DNA of 32,000 nt, from the NCBI RefSeq assembly GCF_000196555.1, contig NC_015067.1, positions 1,680,001-1,712,000 on the forward strand. Direction: 5' to 3'. Under the pieces are notes generated by a model. The model made no database searches and was not told where the DNA came from. It saw only the letters and a program-made list of their open reading frames with translations. Below, in pieces: positions 1-9,900 of the stretch. Each line of letters begins with the position of its first letter. Position 1 is the first letter of the stretch. Source of the DNA: Bifidobacterium longum subsp. longum JCM 1217 (GTDB lineage Bacteria; Actinomycetota; Actinomycetes; Actinomycetales; Bifidobacteriaceae). A program made the translations under genes and the position numbers.

Positions 1-429
1 GCGTTCCAGATGGTTGACGTTTGCATTGCCACCGCTTGCGCCACCGGTGGCACCGTCTTCGGCGGCCGGCTTGGCGATGCGGAAGCGTGCATGGATACGC
101 GCCAGCAATTCGGCCACTTTGAAGGGCTTGGGCACGTAGTCGTCGGCCCCGGCTTCCAAGCCGGCCACGACGTCAAGTGTGTCTGATTTGGCGGTGAGCA
201 TGATAATCGGCACATTAGAGGTAGCTCTGATGCGGCGGGCCACCCCCGTGCCGTCCAGCCCGGGGAGCATAACGTCAAGCAGAATCAAATCGGGCTTGAC
301 GATGGGGAACATTTCCACAGCCCTCAGCCCGTCCAGGCAGGTCACGGTCTGGAATCCCTCGTTTTCCAAAACAAGACTAAGCATTTCGCCGATGGCCTGA
401 TCGTCGTCCACGATGAAGATGGTCGCCAT
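1..429 (-). CDS. OmpR/MtrA-type two-component response regulator, N-terminal part (3' end lies beyond window start)
   Basis: Absent from the ORF track because no stop lies inside the window. The reverse-strand ATG at 427-429 opens MATIFIVDDDQAIGEMLSLVLENEGFQTV..KPDLILLDVMLPGLDGTGV..PIIMLTAKSD..AGADDYVPKPF, which carries the DD/D/T/K receiver-domain signature. The frame stays open to base 1. Confidence 0.85.
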   Translation of the reverse strand, partial: MATIFIVDDDQAIGEMLSLVLENEGFQTVTCLDGLRAVEMFPIVKPDLILLDVMLPGLDGTGVARRIRATSNVPIIMLTAKSDTLDVVAGLEAGADDYVPKPFKVAELLARIHARFRIAKPAAEDGATGGASGGNANVNHLER

Positions 430-486
430 GGTGTTTGTCTTCCCTTTCCCACTGTTATTGTTGCGTTACACTTTACTCCCCTATGT

Positions 487-1866
487 TCATTTCTGTTCGG
501 GTTCCCCGCCATGCAACATCGGGCGAATCTTGGCAAGACGCTGGCTGACTTCGTGTTCGTAGCCGCGATCGTTGGGATGGTAGTACTCGGTGCCACGCAG
601 CTCTTCGGGCATATATTCCTGTGGCGCCACGGCACCGGGCCAATCGTGCGCATACTTGTAGCCCTCGTGGTTGCCCCACTCTTTCATAAGCTTGGTGGGG
701 GCGTTCCTCAAATACAGCGGAACAGCGCCGATCTTGCCGGCATCCACGTCCGCGAGCGCCTGGTTAATGGCGTTATAGCTGGCGTTTGATTTGGGCGCGG
801 TGGCCACGGCAATCGTGGCCTCGGCCAAAATAATACGTGCCTCGGGCATGCCGACCAGCGCCACGGCCTGCGCCGCGGCCACGGTGACCTGCAAAATCTG
901 CGGGGCGGCCATGCCGACTTCCTCGCTGGCGGCGATCATGATGCGACGGGCGATGAAGCGCGGATCTTCACCCGCTTTCAGCATGCGTGCCAGATAATGG
1001 ATGGCGGCATCCGGATCGGAGCCCCGCATGGATTTGATGAATGCGGAAATCACGTCGTAATGGTCATCGCCGTCTTTGTCGTAGCGCACGGTGGCGGTGT
1101 CCATTACCGTAGCCACGATTTCGGGGGTGATGATGGGTCGGCGTGCGCCCTTTTTGCGGGCTTCGTCGCCAGTGACCGCGCCAGCCGCGGCCTCCAGAAT
1201 CGTGAGACTCTTGCGTGCGTCACCACCGGCCATGCGCACGATGTCGGCGATGGCTTCGTCCGTGGCTTTGACCTCGCCCCTGAGACCGCGGTCATCAGTC
1301 AGCGCGCGCTGCACCAGTTCGATGAGCTGATCAGGCTCCAATGACTCAAGCTTGACGACCACCGAACGGGAGAGCAACGGTTTGATGATGGAAAAGCTCG
1401 GGTTCTCGGTGGTGGCGCCGATAAAGGTCACGTCGCGGTTTTCGACGGCGGGAAGCAGCGCATCCTGCTGGGATTTGGAGAAGCGATGTACCTCGTCGAT
1501 GAACAGTACGGTTTCCTGGCCGCGTGACACGAGCCGTTCGTGAGCGCGGGTGAGTACGTCGCGCACGTCTTTGACGCCGGATGTCACGGCGGAGAGTTCC
1601 TCAAACACGCGGCCGGATTGGCCGGCCACGATGGTGGCGAGCGTGGTTTTGCCGACGCCTGGAGGGCCGAACAGGATTACGGAGCTCGGCGCGGTGAGAC
1701 TGCCTTTGCTGGCCGGATTGGCGAGGCGGCGCAGCGGCGAGCCCTGGCCCAACACCTGCGTTTGGCCAATCACCTCGTCCAAAGTGCGTGGACGCATGCG
1801 CACCGCCAACGGCCGCGTCATCGACTCCGGCGCATCAGCCGCCCCAAACAAATCGTTCTCACTCAT
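487..1866 (-). CDS. rarA: Replication-associated recombination protein A (RarA/MgsA AAA+ ATPase)
   Basis: 459-aa ORF with Walker A GPPGVGKTT and Walker B LFIDEVHRF. The C-terminal MgsA-type region reads HYDVISAFIKSMRGSDPDAAIHYLARML..GEDPRFIARR. Confidence 0.93.
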   Translation of the reverse strand: MSENDLFGAADAPESMTRPLAVRMRPRTLDEVIGQTQVLGQGSPLRRLANPASKGSLTAPSSVILFGPPGVGKTTLATIVAGQSGRVFEELSAVTSGVKDVRDVLTRAHERLVSRGQETVLFIDEVHRFSKSQQDALLPAVENRDVTFIGATTENPSFSIIKPLLSRSVVVKLESLEPDQLIELVQRALTDDRGLRGEVKATDEAIADIVRMAGGDARKSLTILEAAAGAVTGDEARKKGARRPIITPEIVATVMDTATVRYDKDGDDHYDVISAFIKSMRGSDPDAAIHYLARMLKAGEDPRFIARRIMIAASEEVGMAAPQILQVTVAAAQAVALVGMPEARIILAEATIAVATAPKSNASYNAINQALADVDAGKIGAVPLYLRNAPTKLMKEWGNHEGYKYAHDWPGAVAPQEYMPEELRGTEYYHPNDRGYEHEVSQRLAKIRPMLHGGEPEQK

Positions 1867-1915
1867 AACGTCCTATAGTACCCCAGTGTTCGAACAGACG
1901 TTCGAGCTGCACCCT

Positions 1916-1938
1916 GGCTTCCCTCAGAGAGGGGAGCC
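1916..1938 (-). terminator. Stem-loop 10 nt downstream of the helicase stop; degenerate member of the GGGGAGC palindromic element family
   Basis: GGCTTCCCTC-aga-GAGGGGAGCC forms a 10-bp stem with one G-U pair. No U-tract follows on the minus strand, so terminator function is uncertain. Confidence 0.4.
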
Positions 1939-1948
1939 AAGAAAGGAA

Positions 1949-4516
1949 TCAGTTACTCACCTTGTAGTCGCGGAAGACTACTTCGCCGGTGTCTTGGGTG
2001 GCGTCGAGGTCCACGATGCCTTCGATGGCCCAATCGTGATCGCCATCGGAATCATCGATAATCTGACGCACCTTCCACGTATGCTCGTCGTTCTCGTGCT
2101 TGTCATCCAACATGAACAGTTCGGGCGAGCGTGCTTCGGCGCCGATGCCCACGTACTCGTGCTCGTCGTAGTAGTCGTCGAGCACATCTTCCCATTCGTG
2201 CACGCCGTAGCCCCAGTCCTTGTCGAGCGCGCCGAGCTTGTCCGGCTGGTCAAGGTCCATAAGCCGCACACGGCGGAACAAGGCATTGCGCACCAGCACG
2301 GTAAGACCACGACGGTCCTCGACCACCGCGCTTTTTGCGCCGGGCGCGGCCAGGGATGCCGCAGCCTCGGATTGGTCAGCCGAGTCACCGGCGTTCTCCC
2401 ATTCGTCCACCAGCGAGGAGTCGATGGAGCGCACGAGCACGCGCAGCCACGAGATGATGTCTTCGAGTTGCTCGTCACGCTTTTCGGGCGGCACGGTGCG
2501 CGCCAGCGTGCGGTAGGCGTCCGAGAGGTAGCGCAACAGGGTGCCTTCGGAGCGGGCGATGTTGTATCGGGTGATGTATCCGGTGAAGTCGGAGGCGGTT
2601 TCCACCATGTCGCGCACCACGGATTTCGGCGACAGCCAGTAGTCGTTGGCCCACGGCACATCGTGGCGGTACTGATCGAACGCGGCTTCGAGCATGTCTT
2701 CCAGTGGCTTCGGATACGTAATCTCCTGCAGCTTATCCATACGCTCGTCATAGTCGAGTCCGTCGGCCTTCATATCGGCCATCGCCTTGTCTCGGGCCTG
2801 ACGCTCCTGGGCACGCAGCACCTGCTTGGGGTCTTCGAGCGTGGCCTCGGCCATGGAGATCACGTCCAGCGCATAGGTGTCGGACTCGGGGTCGAGCAGT
2901 TCGAGCGCGGCCAGCAGGAACGGGGAGAGCGGCTGGTCGAGGGCGAAGTCGTCCGGCATATCAAGGGTCATGTAGTAGTCCTTGCCGCCGTCCTTGCGGT
3001 CCTCGGTTTCGATGACTTCGGTATCGAACAGGGTTTGGAAGATCTCGTCGGCCCGCTGGTGCAGATGCTCCTTCTGGTCGGGGGTCTGCGCGGAATCGTC
3101 GATGAGATCGTCGATACGGGCACGGGCGTCACCGCCCTGCGCCACTTCATTGAGCACCATCGAATGCGTGATTTTCAGGTGCGGGACCAGGGTTTCCGGT
3201 TCGGCGTCGATGAGCTTATCAAACGTGCTCTGGTTCCAGGTCACAAAACCTTCCGGCGCCTTCTTGCGCTTGACCTTCTTGAGTTTCTTCGGATCTCCCC
3301 CGGCCTTGGCGATGGCTTTCTGGTTTTCGATTTCATATTCGGGAGCCTCGGCGATCACCAGTCCCTCGGTATCGAATCCCATACGGCCAGCTCGTCCGGC
3401 AATCTGGTGGAATTCGCGGGCGCGCAGGCGGCGCATCTTGGTGCCGTCGAACTTGGTCAGGGCCGTGAGCACCACGGAGTGAATCGGCACATTGATGCCG
3501 ACGCCCAATGTATCGGTGCCGCAAATCACCGGCAGCAGACCCTGCTGGGCGAGCTGTTCGACCAGGCGGCGGTAGCGAGGCAGCATGCCGGCATGATGGA
3601 TGCCGACACCGGTGCGCAGCAGTCGCTGCAGAATCTTGCCGAAGGCTGTGGTGAACTTGACGCCTTTGATGGCTTCTGCGATGGCTTGGCGCTGTTCCTT
3701 GCTGGATACACCGGTGGAGGCGAGCGCTTGCGCGGTCTCCAATGCGGCGTCCTGCGAAAAGTGGACCACGTAAATCGGGGTTTCGCCGTTGCGGAAGGCG
3801 AGTTCCACGGTTTTTTCCATCGGGTCGAGCGTGTATTCGTAGCTCAACGGCACCGGTCGCGGCGCGTCGGCGATTACATCCACGTCCGGGGTGTCGTTCA
3901 GATCGGAGAGCTTGTCGGCGATGGCGTCCACATTGCCGAGTGTGGCGCTCATCAGCAGGAACTGGGTCTGCGGCAGCGTGAGCAGTGGCACCTGCCACGC
4001 CCAGCCGCGCTCCGGATCACCGTAATAATGGAATTCGTCCATCGCCACGAGGCCCACATCGGCATGGGTGCCTTCGCGCAAAGCCTGATTGGCGAGGATT
4101 TCGGCGGTGCAGCAGATGATCGGCGCGTCCGCGTTGATGTGGCTGTCGCCGGTGATCATGCCGACGTTGTCGCGGCCGAACACTTCGACCAAGTCGAAGA
4201 ATTTCTCCGACACCAGCGCCTTGATCGGAGCGGTGTAATAGGAGCGGCGGCCAGTGCACAGGGCGGCGAAGTGCATGCCAAGCGCCACCAGCGATTTGCC
4301 CGAACCGGTCGGGGTATTCAAAATCACATGGTCGCCGGCCAAGAGGTCCATAATGGCCTCTTCCTGATGCGGCCATGGTTCGATGCCTTTGATGTCTTCC
4401 ACCCAGCCGAAGAATCGTTCGTAGATGTCATCGGCCGTAAGATTCCGTTCACGCTCGTCACCGTCCCATTCGGGGGCCAGCCGCCCCAGGGATCCGTATT
4501 CCTTCTCGTCAGTCAT
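1949..4516 (-). CDS. Ski2/HelY-like DEAD/DEAH-box helicase with a long C-terminal extension (DUF3516-like)
   Basis: Helicase motifs are TPTGSGKS (I), DEFH (II), MSATL (III), HHAGMLP, GTDTLGVGINVP and QIAGRAGRMG (VI). The start was moved from the track start (4603) to the ATG at 4516 (MTDEKEY), because the upstream 29 codons are Arg/Gly-rich and non-protein-like. Confidence 0.88.
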   Translation of the reverse strand: MTDEKEYGSLGRLAPEWDGDERERNLTADDIYERFFGWVEDIKGIEPWPHQEEAIMDLLAGDHVILNTPTGSGKSLVALGMHFAALCTGRRSYYTAPIKALVSEKFFDLVEVFGRDNVGMITGDSHINADAPIICCTAEILANQALREGTHADVGLVAMDEFHYYGDPERGWAWQVPLLTLPQTQFLLMSATLGNVDAIADKLSDLNDTPDVDVIADAPRPVPLSYEYTLDPMEKTVELAFRNGETPIYVVHFSQDAALETAQALASTGVSSKEQRQAIAEAIKGVKFTTAFGKILQRLLRTGVGIHHAGMLPRYRRLVEQLAQQGLLPVICGTDTLGVGINVPIHSVVLTALTKFDGTKMRRLRAREFHQIAGRAGRMGFDTEGLVIAEAPEYEIENQKAIAKAGGDPKKLKKVKRKKAPEGFVTWNQSTFDKLIDAEPETLVPHLKITHSMVLNEVAQGGDARARIDDLIDDSAQTPDQKEHLHQRADEIFQTLFDTEVIETEDRKDGGKDYYMTLDMPDDFALDQPLSPFLLAALELLDPESDTYALDVISMAEATLEDPKQVLRAQERQARDKAMADMKADGLDYDERMDKLQEITYPKPLEDMLEAAFDQYRHDVPWANDYWLSPKSVVRDMVETASDFTGYITRYNIARSEGTLLRYLSDAYRTLARTVPPEKRDEQLEDIISWLRVLVRSIDSSLVDEWENAGDSADQSEAAASLAAPGAKSAVVEDRRGLTVLVRNALFRRVRLMDLDQPDKLGALDKDWGYGVHEWEDVLDDYYDEHEYVGIGAEARSPELFMLDDKHENDEHTWKVRQIIDDSDGDHDWAIEGIVDLDATQDTGEVVFRDYKVSN

Positions 4517-4649
4517 AATGCTCAGTCTACCTAGTGGCCTATTCCGACGGCACGAGCCGCCCTCCGTCGCTATGCGACGCCTCCCGCCAGCGGGCGGAGC
4601 CATGCGAAGAGCTGTGCCATGCGCTTGGCTCCGCCAATGGGAGGATCGC

Positions 4650-5723
4650 TCACGCCAACCGGCGGCGCACCTCGTCGGGGTCCACCTCGGGTTCGAGGGG
4701 AGGCCAGGTCATGTTCATGTTCTTCAAGGTGGTGCGCAGCAGTTCGGAGACCACGGCTCGCGAATACCAGCGGTTATCGGCCGGAACGAGGTACCACGGT
4801 GCGGCGGCCGTGCTGGTTTTCTCGAACACTTCCTGCCAAGCGAACATGTACTCATCCCATCGGTCGCGGGCCTCGAGGTCGGAGATATCGAATTTCCAGA
4901 ACTTGGTGGGATCATCCAGCCTCCCAAGAAAGTGTTTTTTCTGTTCTTCCTGGCTTACCACGAGGAAGATCTTGAGGATGGCGCATCCGCTGGCGGCCAG
5001 TTCACGTTCGAAATCGTTGATCTGGTCGTAGCGGGCACGCCATACGTCTTCGGGATAGGTGCCATAGACGTGCGGCATGACCACATCTTCATAATGGGAG
5101 CGGTCGAATACGGCAATCCACCCCGGCTTGGGCAATTCACGCTTCACACGCCAGAGGAAGTCGTGGTCGAGATCCTCGGCCGTAGGCTTGCCGAAGCCAT
5201 GGTAATGGATGCCCATCGGGTCGCCTTGGCTGAACACGTGACGCACAATGCCGCCCTTGCCGGAGGCATCCATGCCTTGCAGCACGATGAGCAGCCGCCG
5301 TGTCGAGCCTTTGACGCCATTCGCGTACATGAGCCGCTGGTATCGGGCGATTTCGGAGGAGCTGATCGAAATGAACTTCTCGGCGTCCTCTTTATTGCCG
5401 TCGAATCCGGGAGTGGAATCGCCTTCGACATCAGTGACCTGCATGCCGTGGTGGAACATAAGACGTTGAGCGGGCGGCAACGACCATACGGCGCTGAGCA
5501 GTTCACTGGATTTCGCCGCACGCGCCAGTCGTTCAGGCACGCTGGCACTGGAGTCGATGGTGTCTATGCGATCCACCGCGAGCTGTAATACCTTGTCGAT
5601 CCGTCGATCGGTTTTGGATTCCTTTCCCTTGCCGTTCTTGTTGTTCTTTCCTGAGGATTTTCCGGCCGTACCCCACTTGCCGGCCTCTTCAGGCTCGTTG
5701 GTTCTGTCGTCGTCCTTGGCCAT
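4650..5723 (-). CDS. ppk2: PPK2-family polyphosphate:nucleotide phosphotransferase
   Basis: P-loop LQGMDASGKGG, then FDRSHYEDV, KIFLVVSQEEQKKHF, FWKFDISDLEARDRWDEY and PWYLVPADNRWY. A GGGAG ribosome-binding site lies just upstream of the ATG at 5723. Confidence 0.85.
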   Translation of the reverse strand: MAKDDDRTNEPEEAGKWGTAGKSSGKNNKNGKGKESKTDRRIDKVLQLAVDRIDTIDSSASVPERLARAAKSSELLSAVWSLPPAQRLMFHHGMQVTDVEGDSTPGFDGNKEDAEKFISISSSEIARYQRLMYANGVKGSTRRLLIVLQGMDASGKGGIVRHVFSQGDPMGIHYHGFGKPTAEDLDHDFLWRVKRELPKPGWIAVFDRSHYEDVVMPHVYGTYPEDVWRARYDQINDFERELAASGCAILKIFLVVSQEEQKKHFLGRLDDPTKFWKFDISDLEARDRWDEYMFAWQEVFEKTSTAAAPWYLVPADNRWYSRAVVSELLRTTLKNMNMTWPPLEPEVDPDEVRRRLA

Positions 5724-5788
5724 GCTCCCGATTGTACGTCTTGTAACTCAGGAGACCTAGCAACGTAGCGACATTCACATTTCGCCTG

Positions 5789-6085
5789 TTACTGCAAATC
5801 TATAGGCATGCAGTCGTTCGGACCGTAATTGTTGGCTTTGCACCAATTCCAAGCCTCATCTGTCGAGTCGAAGCCCTCACCGGCAAGAATCACATAGTAT
5901 TTGTCGGAATTGCTGCTGTAGGCGGGCCAGTCACCCGACCAGATAAGCAGTACGTTTGAATTCTTGTTGTGCATCGTGATGAATTGCGCAAGAATATCGC
6001 GGTAGTTCCAGGTCTTGCCTTCAGCCTCCATACCCTTACGCTTGCTGGACAGCTGTGCGGTATACGTGGAATAGACCCGAAAAAT
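5789..6085 (-). CDS. Out-of-frame C-terminal piece of the zinc-ribbon protein (Trp/Cys-containing globular domain)
   Basis: The protein-like sequence begins only at ..FRVYSTYTAQ.. and runs to ..LLIWSGDWPAYSSNSDKYYVILAGEGFDSTDEAWNWCKANNYGPNDCMPIDLQ. The upstream part of that track ORF (to 6181) is Arg-rich noise. There is no convincing independent start or ribosome-binding site. Confidence 0.45.
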   Translation of the reverse strand: MFRVYSTYTAQLSSKRKGMEAEGKTWNYRDILAQFITMHNKNSNVLLIWSGDWPAYSSNSDKYYVILAGEGFDSTDEAWNWCKANNYGPNDCMPIDLQ

Positions 6086-6734
6086 CGAACACGGCATCGG
6101 CCACGACATTATCGTCGCTGTCCTGCAACGTGAGTCGGGTGGCCGAATCATTGAATTTCGTGGATGCGTTCTTATCATCACAATTCGAAGTGGCCAGAAT
6201 CGTGACTATCAGATTATCGCTCTCGCTCTTGATCGAGGAGACTGTCATATCGGGAGCGGCATCGCAGGTTTTGGCAGGCTTGGCCTTGTCTTTCGACTTC
6301 GATGCGCTGCCTTGGTTACCGGATTGTTTGGTTGCGGTGCCGGAACTTGTGGTGTTGGGAGACGATGCGCCGCCATCAAACCAATGCACGGTACCGGTTG
6401 CCACCAAAGCAACAAGCACACCCACTACCACAACCAGTGCGATGACGACCCCCAGCAATATCTTCTTTCCGGCAGACCCACCGGAACGCGGCTGCGCAGC
6501 GCCACCGTTGCCTGGCGCCGTCGACAATGTCGAAGTAGGTGCATTCGCCGTGTTGAAACTTGGGGGCAACGGCATCGAACCCGCTGGCACCTGCTGGGGA
6601 GCAGCCGGTACCAGCGTCGGGCCATCCATCGACTGAGGACTTGGGCTTGGCGCAGACTGTGCCATCGGCGCACCGCATTCCGTGCAGAATCGGCTTCCCT
6701 CCGGCATCTCCGTTCCGCAAACCTGGCACTTCAT
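6036..6734 (-). CDS. Zinc-ribbon domain membrane protein, N-terminal piece
   Basis: Start set at the ATG at 6734, preceded by GGAGAGAG. The N-terminus MKCQVCGTEMPEGSRFCTECGAPM is a CxxC..CxxC zinc ribbon. A Pro-rich linker, the TM helix ILLGVVIALVVVVGVLVALVATG and a Ser/Thr-rich extracytoplasmic region follow. Confidence 0.65.
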   Translation of the reverse strand: MKCQVCGTEMPEGSRFCTECGAPMAQSAPSPSPQSMDGPTLVPAAPQQVPAGSMPLPPSFNTANAPTSTLSTAPGNGGAAQPRSGGSAGKKILLGVVIALVVVVGVLVALVATGTVHWFDGGASSPNTTSSGTATKQSGNQGSASKSKDKAKPAKTCDAAPDMTVSSIKSESDNLIVTILATSNCDDKNASTKFNDSATRLTLQDSDDNVVADAVFDFSGLFHVYRTAVQQA

Positions 6735-6931
6735 ACTCTCTCCGTTCTCTCTCGTCCCTATCGGCCAATCCCCCGCCCGTTTTGCAGTACATAAAGAAGC
6801 GGCAAACGGCCCGAAACATACCTGAGCCATCAGGAAGACGGCACGATCTACTACGAGAAAGATATCATCACCGACCAGCAAATCGTCGGCATCATGCTGA
6901 AGCATCCGACCAGCGCACGCGGCTTCAAGCG

Positions 6932-9900
6932 CTACTTGCGCGCCGCATCATGACGCTTGACCACGATGGTGACGCCACCCGCAGCGAACAGCGTCGCCAG
7001 AACCACAACCAACGCAACCGAGGCACCGGTATTGGCCGTATGTTCGGTCTGCTGTGGCTTGGTGCTGCCATTGGCATTGACGCTACCGCTATGGTTGCCG
7101 TTATCCTTGTCGTCCGTCCCGGTGGACACTCCGGTAACGGCAACGGGCAGAGCGACCGTGGTCTTATTGGTCGCACCGGTTACGGTCAGGCTGATATCAC
7201 CGGTCTTGGTTCCGGCGGGAATCGTGACCTTGAGCTCGGCGGTATCGCCATTCGCAACCTGCGCTTCGCCGACCACCTGCTCGCCGATGGTGGCGGTCAG
7301 CTTCGTCTCGTCAGGCACGCCCAGCGAGGTGAGCGTGAGCTTCGAGAAGTGCAGGGTGAACGAGCCACCGGCCTTGACCGCACCGGTCGGGATACCGGTG
7401 ACGGCCACTGCACGGCGGTCGTAGCGCGGGGCAACCGGATTGTTGTCCTTGAGATAGTCGATCCAGGCGTCGCGGTCCACCAGACCGGTGTCCTTGGTGT
7501 TCGTGCCTTGGGCGAAGGCGCGGAAGTTATCGCCGCCCTCCAACAGGAAGCTGAACGAACCGATACGGTAGTTGCGTTTCAGGTCCAGAGGCTCACCGTT
7601 GACGGTCACCGAGGTGATGTGATGGCCTTGCGCGGCATCCGGATCATACGTGTAGCTCACGTTGTGGGACAGTCCGAGTTGCAGATACGCGCGCGATGGC
7701 GTGCTGCCGTCCGCGTTCGTCTGCCACTGCTGTTCCAGCGCTTCCTTGAACTGCGCGCCGGTAAGCGTGGTGGTCCACAGGTTGTTCAGGAACGGCAGTA
7801 CAGCGTTGGCCTGGGCGTAGGTGATATTGCCGTCGGCATCGAGCGTGCAGGCGTCATTGGTGCCGGACTTGCAGAATTCGGCACGCAGACCGCCGGGGTT
7901 GACCACACCGATTTCGGCCGCGCCGCGGTCCTCGCCTTTGAGCGAATCGAGCAGCGCATCGGCCACCAGATTGCCCATGGTCGATTCGGAGGCGCGGTCG
8001 TCACGCTTGCCATCCTTGAATGCGGTGGTGCTATCCGCAGACACCTTGCCGACCTTCTCGCCGCCCTTTTCATCGGCCATCTTAAGAGCCTGGTACACGA
8101 TGTCCCTCACCTTGGCGACAGTCGGATTCGCGGCGGCGAGCAGGCCATCGTTGTATTCGGCGTAATCGTTGTAGTGCGGATCATTTTTGTCGGCGGGCTG
8201 CGAAGCCACCTGCACGGCCGTGTTACCGGACTTGTCGTAAGACACCGCACCGGTGGCCGTGTTGTAGGTGAGCACCACTTGGCCGATGTTGGCGGCATAG
8301 CTACCGGTCTGGATGATCGGCCGGTTGTTGTGCGCGGGATCGGTGTACGAGTACTTCATGTGGGTGTGTGCAGTGAAGATCACGTTCACTGCCGCATCGG
8401 TATCGTCCACGATCTTCTTGAACACGGGGCTGGCGGCCTTCTGCTCGTCAAGTGTGGGCTTGGCGGTGGCGTCATCTTCATTGGAGGCTGCACCCTCATG
8501 GTATTCGGCCACAATCACGTCAGCCTCGCCATTGGATTCGTCGCCGTCGGTGAGCTGCTTGGCCACACGGTTCACGGCCTCCACCGGATCGCCGAATTCG
8601 ATGTCCTTGACACCACCGGGAGCCACCAATGTGCCGGTTTTCTGAGTGACCGCACCGATGATGCCGACCTTCACGCCGTTCACTTCCTGAATGCTGTACT
8701 CGGGCAGAGCCGGGGTTGTGGTGCCCTTCTTGTACACGTTGGCACCGAGGTAATCCCATTGGGCGTTGCGCGCGCCCTCCTTGCCAATCACACGATCGGT
8801 AAGGTCGGCATAGCCTTGATCGAACTCGTGGTTGCCCACCGCCGAAGCCTTGACGCCCAAAGCGTTAAGCACATCGATGGTCGGCTGGTCCTGCTGTACC
8901 GAAGAGTTGAACAGCGAAGCACCGATATTGTCGCCGGCGGACAGCAGCAGTGATGAGTCAGGGTATTCGCCCTTGAGCTGCTCGATGGTGGCGGCGAACG
9001 GCACGGTGAGGTTCTTGTCGATACGGCCGTGGAAGTCGTTGAAGTTCAGCAGATTGATGGTGGTGCTGGCGGGAACCGGCTGATTGGTTGCCATATAGCC
9101 CATACGCAATGAATGGCCATTGGTCACGCCGTCGTCTGCCCAGCACACCGGCTTGTACACCTTGCCATCCACCACCTTGGTGGCTTCGGCATCGGGGGTG
9201 ATGGCAAAGCCTTCGGTGTTCTGCGTACGGATTTCATCCGGAGTGTCGGTCAGCTTGGTCAGCTGCAGCACGCCGTTCTTGAACTCGTAGGTACCGATTT
9301 TGGCACCGGTGTTCGCATCATTGTCGCTTTGGGCGAGCAGCTGGTTGTGCTCGGCGTCCCAAGTCAGATCGCGCGGACCATCATAGCCGGCGTTCACTGC
9401 GGACTGCGGCAGGTCGATGTCGGCCACCGGATGCACCAGGTCCTCATCATTCACGGTTTGCAGTGCGAAGGCGTAGATATGGCCGGTTTTCTCCAGTGCG
9501 GCGAAGAACAGACCGCCGAAATCATTGCCGAAACCGTCCGGGTCGTAGGTCATTACGTTCTTCGGGTCAAGGTTGGACTGGAATCCGTTGGCGGTCAGGA
9601 CCGAGTCGGGAATAAAGGCTATGCCTTCCACCCCAAGATTGGCGTCCGCTCCGTGGCCCAGCGTCACGCCGAACTGCGTGAGTGCTGCGATGAGATTCCA
9701 CTCGTGCGTAGCGTTCAGATCGTGCGCTCCGTCGCCGTTGGCGTCGGTGGTTTTCTCGGTCACGTCATACTGCAGGATGGAAGGCCGCGGCACATTCTTG
9801 TTTTCGTTGTCGCGCTCGGCGCCGATGAATATGCCCTTGGATGAATCTCCGTTGATCAGCGTGATGCCTTCGGAGTCCACACCGCCCTTGCCGTCCTTGA

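Larger units (their letters stand above)
5789..6734 (-). pseudogene. Zinc-ribbon / single-TM surface protein, apparently interrupted by a 1-nt frameshift (union of the two ORF pieces below)
   Basis: The ORF 6036..6734 and the tail of ORF 5789..6181 read as one protein if one base of the A5 run at 6080-6084 is removed. This gives ..DAVFDF|RVYSTYTAQLSS... Confidence 0.5.

Noticed and set aside
179-679. Small track ORFs 179..400 (+), 342..653 (-) and 473..679 (-)
   Set aside because: They overlap the response-regulator and rarA coding frames, which have unambiguous domain signatures.
1550-4534. 994-aa plus-strand ORF
   Set aside because: It is antisense to the well-supported helicase gene. The translation is low-complexity (Gly/Val/His/Arg-rich) with no motifs, which is typical of a stop-poor shadow frame in GC-rich DNA.
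6735-6905. Upstream extension of the zinc-ribbon ORF (and similarly 4517..4603 for the helicase, 10868..10990 for the LTD protein, 15261..15329 for gluB and 19899..20084 for aspS)
   Set aside because: In each case an internal ATG with an SD gives the expected N-terminus (zinc ribbon, signal peptide, lipobox or conserved start). The extension has no protein-like character.
6560-8953. 797-aa plus-strand ORF and other long ORFs antisense to the LTD/5'-nucleotidase gene (e.g. 9113..9844, 9902..10375)
   Set aside because: These are shadow frames opposite a gene with clear catalytic motifs. The translations are Arg/Gly/His-rich without domain signatures.
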